Positions 56,620-64,000 of a stretch of 64,000 nt of DNA are shown piece by piece; positions within the stretch are counted from its first letter, which is position 1, and each line of letters starts with the position of its first letter. The notes beneath the pieces are model-generated. The model made no database searches. It was not told the origin of the DNA and worked only from the letters and a program-made list of their open reading frames with translations. The translations under genes were made by a program, and so were the position numbers. The DNA is taken from contig CBDCVR010000015.1 in assembly GCA_965223155.1 (NCBI GenBank), positions 416,001-480,000 on the forward strand. Reading direction: 5' to 3'. Source of the stretch: Candidatus Multivoradales bacterium (GTDB taxonomy: Bacteria; Acidobacteriota; Thermoanaerobaculia; Multivoradales; JAHEKO01).

Positions 56620-58218
56620 TCAGTCGAGCTTGCCGAGTCCGCGCAGCCGGATGAGGTGGGCCTCGAGCTGCCGGGCGGCGAGCGGCCAGGCGCGCCGGTC
56701 CACGTCGCCGTAGGCGGCCTCCAAGAGCGACTCGGTATCACGTGCTCCCGTCAGAGCCGCGGCCAGAATCTTGCCTTCGCGCCAGGCACGGTGGTCCAGG
56801 TATTCCTGGAGCTTGGCGCGAGCGTTGACCGTGGGCGGCCCGTGCCCCGGGAAGAGTGCGGCGACTCCCAGATCCCGGACCCGAGCAAGCGAAGTCAAGT
56901 AGTCGTCCATGTCGCCATCCGAGGGGTCCACCACGATCGTGCCGATGCCGGCCGTTAGATCGCCACTGACCAGGGAGCCCAGATCCTCGTCCAGGAAGGC
57001 GAGGTGGCCGCCAGCGTGGCCCGGCGTATGGAGAACGCGAAAGCGCATCCGGGGCGACCCCTCGAGGGTCAGCAGGTCGCCGTCCTCGAGGCGGCGATCC
57101 ACCCGCAGTCCCCGCGGCCGGAGCAGGCGCTCGGTCTTCAAGTGCGCCGCTACCGGCACGTCGTGGACCTCCAGGATCCTCCGGACGGCGCCGACGTGGT
57201 CCGAGTGGTGATGGGTCAGCCAGATGGCGGTGAGCTTTCGTCCCAGGCCTTGGAGCCCGGCAATACCCTCGAGCAGAGCTTCCTGCATCTTGGGATAGGG
57301 TGAGCCCGGATCGACCAGGGCCATCTCGCCATGTCCCAGGAGATAGGCATTGGTGTAGGCCGCGGGCGGCAGCGTGGGGGTGCGCAACGGGAACATAAGG
57401 ACCCCCGGCCGGAACTCGATCTTGCGAAAGGGGCCGGCGTTGGCTTCGGCCGGGGCCCGCAGCCGGTCGAGACCGGAGGGCAAGCCCTCCTCGGCCAGCA
57501 CCTCGAGGATATGGAGGATGGGGGGCGCGGTCGTAACCTCGCCCGAGCGCCACCGTTCGAGCCCCGCTCCGGGATCGATCCACTCCCCGGCGACCAGCTC
57601 ACCCGGCACGACCGACGGCTGGAAGGGCCGATCCGCGGGCCATTCGAGGGCAAAGAACCGGTTGTCGAAACGAACGGGCCCCAGAGGCGGGGTGAGCCAG
57701 CGGCCGGCGTAGACCAGCTCGGACAGGTCGAGATCGAGCTCCAACTCGGCCAGAACCTCCGTGAAATCCAGCGGATCGTCTGGATCCACGAGCCGCGCCC
57801 TCAGCCCGTCCACGACCGCCGGATCGCAAGAGACATCCGATCCCGCCAGCAGGACTCCGGTTTCCTCGAAGAGCTCGCGCGCGGCGCAGACCGCCAGACC
57901 GGGCTCCAGGATGGGCTGCAGATCGACCCCGTCCAGAACCGTGGCGGGCATAGCCGCCCGGGGATCGGCGCCCTTGACGCCGCCTGGCCGGTCCCCGCTG
58001 GCCAGCCGCTCGAGCTCGGCGTCGCTTCTTGCCAGACCGCCTCCCGGGAAGGCATGGAATCCCGCCATGAAGGCCAGCCGGCGGGAACGCTCGACCCAGT
58101 AGGTCTCGAGAGACGAGCCCGTCCGGCGCCAGAGGACCACGCCGGCCGAGGCTCGGACCCGAGGTCTCGGCGCCTCAAGGCCCATCTCCAGAACCCGTTC
58201 GTACAGACCGCTACTCAC
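56620..58218 (-). CDS. NUDIX hydrolase / metallo-beta-lactamase-fold fusion protein
   Basis: FPGG...AARELFEETG NUDIX box; THHHSDH, HTPGH, GD, PGHG MBL motifs. Confidence 0.92.
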   Translation of the reverse strand: MSSGLYERVLEMGLEAPRPRVRASAGVVLWRRTGSSLETYWVERSRRLAFMAGFHAFPGGGLARSDAELERLASGDRPGGVKGADPRAAMPATVLDGVDLQPILEPGLAVCAARELFEETGVLLAGSDVSCDPAVVDGLRARLVDPDDPLDFTEVLAELELDLDLSELVYAGRWLTPPLGPVRFDNRFFALEWPADRPFQPSVVPGELVAGEWIDPGAGLERWRSGEVTTAPPILHILEVLAEEGLPSGLDRLRAPAEANAGPFRKIEFRPGVLMFPLRTPTLPPAAYTNAYLLGHGEMALVDPGSPYPKMQEALLEGIAGLQGLGRKLTAIWLTHHHSDHVGAVRRILEVHDVPVAAHLKTERLLRPRGLRVDRRLEDGDLLTLEGSPRMRFRVLHTPGHAGGHLAFLDEDLGSLVSGDLTAGIGTIVVDPSDGDMDDYLTSLARVRDLGVAALFPGHGPPTVNARAKLQEYLDHRAWREGKILAAALTGARDTESLLEAAYGDVDRRAWPLAARQLEAHLIRLRGLGKLD

Positions 58219-58288
58219 GAGGCGTGCTTATAGCACACCGCGCTGGCGCGCCGGCCGGCAACGCGATAGCTTCGACGCCACCCTCTCG

Positions 58289-59440
58289 ATGCCCCGGTAT
58301 CCCGACATCGCGCCTTCGATCGAAGCCATGACCGGCTCGGTGTACTCGTCGCTCGCACACCGGCTTCGCGAAGTCGCCGGGGAAGTCTATCCGTTTCACA
58401 TCGGCGACACCTGGATGGAGCCGGCCGAGGAGACGCGCATGGAGAGCCTGTCGGTCGCCGACTACCCCGGCATGCATCGCTACGCTCCCGTCCAGGGGCG
58501 GGCCGATCTGCTGGAAGCGATCGCTCACCGAGTGGAGGGCCGGACCGGCGTCGCCACCTCGCCGGCCAACGTCCTGGTCGCCGCCGGCGCGACCGGTGCC
58601 CTGGGCGCCGTCGTTGGGGCACTTGTCGAGCCCGGGGACGAGGTGCTCTTGATCGCACCGTACTGGCCGCTCATCGCCGGCATCGTCCGGGCTTTTCGGG
58701 CGGCTCCAGTGGACGTGCCGATCCTGGGCCAAGTCGACAACGTCGAAACCCTCATGGACGAGGTCACCCGGGCTCTGAGCCCGCGCACGGTGGCGATCTA
58801 CTGGAGCTCGCCCAACAATCCCACCGGCCAGACCTTGCCTAGGGAGTGGATCGAGGCGCTGTGCGCGTTCGCTCGTTCCCACGATCTCTGGGTGCTGGCC
58901 GATGAGGTCTACGAGGACTACGTCTTCGAGGGCGACCAGCCGTACGCTTTGCCGCTCGCCTCTGAACGGACGTTCTCGGTGCACTCGTTCTCCAAGGCCT
59001 TCGGCATGGCCGGCAACCGCTGCGGCTACGTAGTCGGTCCCGAGGACCGGCTGGGCCAGGTGCGGAAGGTCGCAACTCACACCTTCTATGCAACCCCCAC
59101 CGCGGCCCAGATCGCCGCCCGGCGCGCCCTGGAGGGCCCAGGCGACCGCTGGGTAGCCGAGGCGCTCCCTCTCTACCGCGATCTCGGCTACCAGGTCGCC
59201 GAACGGCTCGGCACCGAGCCCCCAGGCGGATCCACTTTCCTCTTTCTGGACGTCACCGAACATCTCGACGGCGGCGACTTGCTGGGGTTTCTCACCCGTT
59301 GCGTCGAGAACGGCCTGCTCTTGGCCCCCGGACCCAGCTTCGGTCCCTACCCCCGCCACGTACGGCTCTGCTACACGGCAACGCCGCCCGAAACCACCCT
59401 GCGGGGCGTCGAGATCCTGGCCGGTCTACTCGGACGCTAG
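58289..59440 (+). CDS. Class I/II PLP-dependent aminotransferase
   Basis: SPNNPTG, DEVY, SFSKAFGMAGNRCGY. Confidence 0.93.
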   Translation: MPRYPDIAPSIEAMTGSVYSSLAHRLREVAGEVYPFHIGDTWMEPAEETRMESLSVADYPGMHRYAPVQGRADLLEAIAHRVEGRTGVATSPANVLVAAGATGALGAVVGALVEPGDEVLLIAPYWPLIAGIVRAFRAAPVDVPILGQVDNVETLMDEVTRALSPRTVAIYWSSPNNPTGQTLPREWIEALCAFARSHDLWVLADEVYEDYVFEGDQPYALPLASERTFSVHSFSKAFGMAGNRCGYVVGPEDRLGQVRKVATHTFYATPTAAQIAARRALEGPGDRWVAEALPLYRDLGYQVAERLGTEPPGGSTFLFLDVTEHLDGGDLLGFLTRCVENGLLLAPGPSFGPYPRHVRLCYTATPPETTLRGVEILAGLLGR

Positions 59441-59455
59441 CCGGAACCGCAGCGG

Positions 59456-60304
59456 CTAGGCCTCGGGAGCCGGCCGCGGCACCACGTCGAAGCGGCGGTG
59501 CTCCTCGACCGGCATGGAGGCGCGGATCGATCGGAGGCGTTCGAGGTCCAGATCTGCCGCGATCCGGTCCGGCTCCTCGCCCGCCGTCACCACCACCTCG
59601 CCCCAGGGATCCACGATCGCCGAGTGCCCCCAGCTCTCGCGCAGGCCCTCGTCATCGTGGCGGCCGCATTGCGCCGGAGCCACGACCCAGCACTGGGTCT
59701 CGACGGCGCGGGCGCGCAGCAGGGTCTCCCAGTGGACGCGGCCGGTCGTCCGGGTAAACGCCGCCGGCACGAACAGGATCTCGGCACCCAGAGTGCGGAG
59801 ACACCCATAGAGGCCAGGAAACCGCAAGTCGTAGCAGATCGACAGGCCCAGCCGGCCCAGGTCGGTCGCGGCCACGATCGGTTCGGTGCCGGGGATCACG
59901 GTGTCTGACTCCCGGAACCGGACTTCGTCGGAGAGATCCACGTCGAAGAGGTGGATCTTGCGATAGGCCGCCAAACGAGCACCGTCCGGACCGAAAAGCA
60001 CCGAGGTGTTGGCACAGCGACCAGGATCCTCCAAGCGCTCGTTGAACGACCCCAGAAGCATGAAGACGCCGAGCTCCTCCGCCAGGCCCGCGAAACGCTG
60101 GCAGGTCGGACCGTCCAGAGACTCAGCCAGCCGGACCTTGTCCTCGTGCGGCCCCAGAAAATTCGTATTCTCCGGGGTCGCGATGAGCTCCGCGCCGTCC
60201 TCGGCCGCCGCCCGGATCAGGGACTCGGCCGCGGTCCAGTTGCGCTCGGCGTTGCTTCCCGAGTTGAGCTGAATGGCCGCGGCTCGCGGACGGGATCCGG
60301 GCAT
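59456..60304 (-). CDS. Carbon-nitrogen hydrolase (Nit1/deaminated glutathione amidase-like)
   Basis: TPEN, YRKIHLFDV, SICYDLRFP, HWETLLRARAVE, WGHSAIVDPWG. Confidence 0.95.
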   Translation of the reverse strand: MPGSRPRAAAIQLNSGSNAERNWTAAESLIRAAAEDGAELIATPENTNFLGPHEDKVRLAESLDGPTCQRFAGLAEELGVFMLLGSFNERLEDPGRCANTSVLFGPDGARLAAYRKIHLFDVDLSDEVRFRESDTVIPGTEPIVAATDLGRLGLSICYDLRFPGLYGCLRTLGAEILFVPAAFTRTTGRVHWETLLRARAVETQCWVVAPAQCGRHDDEGLRESWGHSAIVDPWGEVVVTAGEEPDRIAADLDLERLRSIRASMPVEEHRRFDVVPRPAPEA

Positions 60305-60369
60305 GCGCCGATTCTACGACCTGCCCAGCCGGCACGGCCCCCCGAGGCGCGAATTCACCCGGGGCTCGG

Positions 60370-60948
60370 CTAGGGCGCGACGAAGATCTGAGTGATCCAG
60401 AACGAGTCGCCGCGGCGGGCAACGCCAACGCCCAGTATCCCGAAGCGGTCGTCCAGGATGTTGGACCGGTGGCTGGGGCTCTGCATGAGCTGCTGATGAG
60501 CCAGGCCGGCGGGCGAGGTCGGATGCTGCACCAGGGCCAGGTTCTCGGCCGCCGCCGTGAAGACGACGCCGCTACCACGCAGCCGCTGGCGCAGGCCGCT
60601 GCTGGTCGGACCGGAATGGCCGAAGAAGTTGCCGTCGCGCATTGCCTCGCTATGCAGGCGAGCGACCCGGCTAAGCTCGGCGTTGAACTCGAGCTCGCCC
60701 AGGCGCTCGTCCTTGCGGGCGCCGTTGACCAGGGCGAAGCTTTCCGCCGCGATCGACGCCTCCGAGATCTGCTTGGGCGCGGTCGGACTGCTGCCGCCGC
60801 CGCTGCAGCCGGCGAGCAGGGTGGCTGCCAAGAGCGTGGCGGTCGCGGCGACCACTTCGACGAGGCCGGGGCGACGCCGCGCCGGCAGCGCCACGGAGGA
60901 CGTCTTCGAAGGCACGCCCAGGACGGATACAGGACGGGTCGAACTCAT
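60370..60948 (-). CDS. CAP (SCP/PR-1) domain lipoprotein
   Basis: LLAGC lipobox; LVNGAR, HSEAM...FFGH, AENLA, SPSHRSNIL, GVGV. Confidence 0.92.
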   Translation of the reverse strand: MSSTRPVSVLGVPSKTSSVALPARRRPGLVEVVAATATLLAATLLAGCSGGGSSPTAPKQISEASIAAESFALVNGARKDERLGELEFNAELSRVARLHSEAMRDGNFFGHSGPTSSGLRQRLRGSGVVFTAAAENLALVQHPTSPAGLAHQQLMQSPSHRSNILDDRFGILGVGVARRGDSFWITQIFVAP

Positions 60949-61121
60949 GGACGGAATGGTACGGACCTACGCTCGCTTTGTCTGTGACGCGGCTCACACG
61001 ATCACGAATCTCACGCGCTGCCCGGGGCGACCGGGGACCTTCCGAATAGCGCCCGAGAACTTCTCGGCCCGCGAGCACCCCGGCCGGCCCGGAGATTCAG
61101 CGTGAATACTGGGCCACGACC

Positions 61122-61796
61122 TCAAAAGGGCCCTCCCGAGTCCGTTACCAGAGGCCGGCGCTTCACGGCCAGGGCCAAGCCGTCTCCCAGCGGCAGCACC
61201 GAGACACCCAACTGCGGGTGGATGACGAGGTAGTCGTTAAATGTCCTCAAGGCTTCGGCCTCGGCATCGACTTGCCGATCGGGATCGTCCAGCCCGGCCA
61301 CCTGGCCGCTCCAAAGCACGTTGTCCGCGACTACCAATCCGCCCACCGGCACCAGGCCGAGGCTGAGATCAAGGAGCCGCCGGTACTGGCTCTTGTCACA
61401 ATCGAGGTAGACGAGATCGAAACCGCCGGCCGGCAGCTCACTCAGCACCTCGCCGGCCTCCCCACAGCGGACCTCGACCCGGTCGTCCAGCCCGGCCCGG
61501 GCGAGGTTCCGGGTCGCCTGTTCGGCGAGCTGCGGGTCCCTCTCGACGGTCACGACCGGAACCTCCGGATTGCCGCGCGCCAACCGGATCGCGCCGTAGC
61601 CGATCGCGGCCCCGATCTCGAGAATCCCGACCCTGGCCGTCGCCGCCAAGACCCCGAGTAATGCTCCGACCTCGGGCTTCGAGATCGGGATGCGCCTCTG
61701 GGCGGCGGTCTCCTCGAGCTCAGCCAGCAGAGGATCGCGCGGGCGCAAGAGGCTCTGGAGATAGACCTGTTGCTCAGGCTGAAGAATGTCGGACAT
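61122..61796 (-). CDS. Class I SAM-dependent O-methyltransferase (CCoAOMT-like)
   Basis: LEIGAAIGYG, FDLVYLDCDK, VVADNVLWSG, PLGDG. Confidence 0.93.
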   Translation of the reverse strand: MSDILQPEQQVYLQSLLRPRDPLLAELEETAAQRRIPISKPEVGALLGVLAATARVGILEIGAAIGYGAIRLARGNPEVPVVTVERDPQLAEQATRNLARAGLDDRVEVRCGEAGEVLSELPAGGFDLVYLDCDKSQYRRLLDLSLGLVPVGGLVVADNVLWSGQVAGLDDPDRQVDAEAEALRTFNDYLVIHPQLGVSVLPLGDGLALAVKRRPLVTDSGGPF

Positions 61797-61940
61797 GGCG
61801 CTTCGGCGCGGCCGAAGCCGGCGCCGGGAGCCGTCCATGGCATCGAACCTGCTTGGAAACTCTCCGGACGGCGGCGGCCGAGCCGGCTGCTAGAGTACGG
61901 CTCGCGAAGGACGCGGATCAAGCCCTTTCGCTGCTCGGTT

Positions 61941-61980
61941 CCGACCAGTTTCGCCCAGTTCCGCCCAGTTCCGCCCAGTT
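61941..61980. repeat. Tandem 10-bp repeat (CCGCCCAGTT consensus) x4
   Basis: ccgaccagtt tcgcccagtt ccgcccagtt ccgcccagtt immediately upstream of SD-like GGAGAA. Confidence 0.85.
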
Positions 61981-61995
61981 CCGGAGAACCACACG

Positions 61996-62586
61996 ATGAG
62001 CACTGACGGATTTCCTCTTCGACCCGCTGCTGCCCGCCCCGGCGCGCCGGACGGTGGCAGCCGGCTTTCGCGGCCTCTGGGCCTGCTCAGCATGCTCGGC
62101 AGACTCGGCTTGCTGGCCTTGCTGGCCCTTGGCAGCGGGCCGCTCCCGGCCCTGGCTCAAGACGGCACTCCGGCCGAGAGCCAACCCACCCTCAAGATCG
62201 CCGAGGTCCGGGTCGAACCCGCCAACCCGGCGGCCGATACCCTGTGCCGGCTTACGGTGGCTCTCGAGAACACCGACGAACGCATCGCCTCCCAGCTCGG
62301 CTTCACGATCACGATCAACGGCCAGGAGCTGCCCGTCTACCGGAACCATCTCTTCATGTTTCGAGCCGACCCGGGCGGCACCAGCGAGCTGCCGCTCTAC
62401 AACTTCTGGAGCACCGAGACGTCCCGGCCGATGCCCGAGTCGGGAAAGCTCGAGATCGAGGTCAGCCTGCGTGAAGCTCGCTGGATGACGATCGAGACCA
62501 TCGACGGCACCGAGACCTGGACGCCGATCGGTGACGTCGAGGGGCTGCCCGTGGCGCGCAGCGTCACCCTCGAAATGACGAAGTAG
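61996..62586 (+). CDS. Hypothetical exported protein (Ig/CARDB-like)
   Basis: Signal peptide ending ALA-Q; beta-rich mature domain; SD-like site upstream. Confidence 0.7.
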   Translation: MSTDGFPLRPAAARPGAPDGGSRLSRPLGLLSMLGRLGLLALLALGSGPLPALAQDGTPAESQPTLKIAEVRVEPANPAADTLCRLTVALENTDERIASQLGFTITINGQELPVYRNHLFMFRADPGGTSELPLYNFWSTETSRPMPESGKLEIEVSLREARWMTIETIDGTETWTPIGDVEGLPVARSVTLEMTK

Positions 62587-62733
62587 CAGCCGGAAAGCAA
62601 GCGGGTTCTCCCGTGGCACGGCTGCGACCGCCGCACCAAAGCCGGCGGCCTACCCGTGCGCGCCCAAGCGCTTGGAAGCCCTGCGGGAGCAGCGCGGCGT
62701 CCCGGTCAGATCGCTTCGTCCCCCTCGACCGGG

Positions 62734-63642
62734 CTACCGGACTACCGGACGGGCGGGAGACCAGGACAGCTCTTCCAAGAGCGCCGTGCGGTGCTCGTCG
62801 CTGTCGAGCGACGGCAAGGTGTAGTTCGAGTCAAACGAGATCTCGCAGGGCTCACCCACCGTGACCGGTTCTAGCGGCAGCAGCACCGTGTGCCGGCCGG
62901 ATCCGGTAACGACGGCTTCAGCGCCGCCGCAGGTGGTCGCGACCGTCACGCTCTGCTGGGTCGCGCCTTCCTCCACGATCGGATTCTGCAGGCGGCCCCC
63001 GCCCTCGACAATGGCCACGACGATTCGCAGAGTCCCCCTGCGGCGCAGCCGGCCGACCCGCAGAGTCGCGTCACCCGACATCCAGCGGCGGGCCAGCACC
63101 TGAAGATCGGTTCCTCCCTCCACCGCCAGCCAGCTTGACGAGAACGAGATCCGTGGCACTCCGCGCACGTTTTCGATGGCGCGCACTTCGGCCACCTGAT
63201 ACTCACCCCCTGCGACCTCCGGACCCTCGGTGGCAAGAGCGAACCGTTCGCCGGCGCTGTCGTAGAGCCCGGCCGTCAGCCGATAGGTGCCCTCCGTCAG
63301 GGGCGGCGCCAAGAGCGACTGAGACAGAGTCAGCGAGTAGCGCTGCTCCGTTCCCGGCTGCCAGGGCTTGGGCAGAGGATGATCGAACGTCCGGACCACC
63401 TTGCCTTCTTGATCCACAAGATGGACGAAGACCAGTGGGGCTCCGGAGAGGGGCTCCAGAGCCTTGTCCATCTGCCAAGCGAATTCGACGCCGGCGTGCG
63501 TCGGGTAGCCCAGCTCGAGCTCGTCAGGAGACACGGTCAGCCGGCCCGCCGGCTCGGGCTTGGCCGCGCAAGCGCCGACGGCCACGAGGGCGAAGAGCGC
63601 TCCGAGGGAGCTCCAGGTGCGCGTAATGGATCGTTGGTTCAT
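62734..63642 (-). CDS. Hypothetical lipoprotein
   Basis: VGAC lipobox; VFVHLVD...DHP...WQPG Ig-like segment; SD GGAGGGG upstream. Confidence 0.75.
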   Translation of the reverse strand: MNQRSITRTWSSLGALFALVAVGACAAKPEPAGRLTVSPDELELGYPTHAGVEFAWQMDKALEPLSGAPLVFVHLVDQEGKVVRTFDHPLPKPWQPGTEQRYSLTLSQSLLAPPLTEGTYRLTAGLYDSAGERFALATEGPEVAGGEYQVAEVRAIENVRGVPRISFSSSWLAVEGGTDLQVLARRWMSGDATLRVGRLRRRGTLRIVVAIVEGGGRLQNPIVEEGATQQSVTVATTCGGAEAVVTGSGRHTVLLPLEPVTVGEPCEISFDSNYTLPSLDSDEHRTALLEELSWSPARPVVR

Positions 63643-63745
63643 GTTCCCCTCCTACGTCGTTCCGAATCGGCGAGCATAATAGACCAAGGTCCGCCTTGCT
63701 ACACTCCAAAGCGCCTTTCGGTTCGGAACCCGACGTCGCGACGCC

Positions 63746-64000
63746 ATGAGTAGTGGAATCCTCATTCTCTCCGGGATCATTGTCTTCGCGGTACTGGCCT
63801 TTGTCCGCGAGTGGTTGCCGATGGACGTGGTCGCCCTGGTCACCCTGGGGCTGCTACTGGTCTTCGATCTGGTCTCGGCCGAGGAGGCGATCTCCGGATT
63901 CAGCAACCCGGCGGTGGTGACCGTGATGATGATGTTCATCCTGAGCGCGGGATTCGTCGATACCGGCCTCGTCACCAAGCTCGCCTACCGCATCTCGGAC
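63746..64000 (+). CDS. SLC13/CitMHS-family permease, 3'-truncated
   Basis: Manual translation MSSGILILSGIIVFAVLAFVREWLPMDVVAL...EEAISGFSNPAVVTVMMMFILSAG; absent from the ORF track because it runs off the edge. Confidence 0.88.
   Translation, partial: MSSGILILSGIIVFAVLAFVREWLPMDVVALVTLGLLLVFDLVSAEEAISGFSNPAVVTVMMMFILSAGFVDTGLVTKLAYRISD

Noticed and set aside
56620-58218. NUDIX domain as an IPP/DMAPP phosphohydrolase partnering IPK
   Set aside because: NUDIX-MBL fusions are widespread, and this gene is not in the isoprenoid operon
1-64000. CRISPR array, tRNA/rRNA, prophage, transposase or defence genes
   Set aside because: No repeat-spacer periodicity, cloverleaf motifs or corresponding protein motifs seen by eye

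Overview
GC-rich bacterial chromosomal window, densely coding. Gene content (zapA-ssrS-rny-ymdB, TamB/Omp85, GT-C/sulfatase-like envelope genes, hopanoid genes) suggests a diderm, possibly Acidobacteriota such as Thermoanaerobaculia; this taxonomy is inference. The left half (1-33 kb) holds envelope and glycan genes: GT-C-like membrane proteins, TamB/Omp85, nadK, tlyA, an O-antigen ligase, a CDP-sugar pathway, PagL, and a GH38 / PLP-decarboxylase / ATP-grasp / GH operon. The middle holds ymdB, rny, 6S RNA and zapA. The standout is a ~16 kb, 13-gene, largely translationally coupled minus-strand cluster (36.5-52.5 kb). It joins hopanoid genes (shc, hpnH, hpnA, hpnG) to a haloarchaea/Chloroflexi-style alternative mevalonate route: class I HMG-CoA reductase, mevalonate kinase, a probable phosphomevalonate decarboxylase, isopentenyl phosphate kinase and type 2 IDI, with no phosphomevalonate kinase. 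It also carries a single-enzyme squalene synthase, an unassigned alkaline-phosphatase-superfamily gene and a UbiD decarboxylase; a BstC/TAtT-like TPR gene is divergent from shc. The right end has an ECF sigma/anti-sigma module and metabolic genes. Also seen: a degenerate MITE, several apparent leaderless promoters and small direct repeats. All family assignments come from recalled motifs, not database searches.
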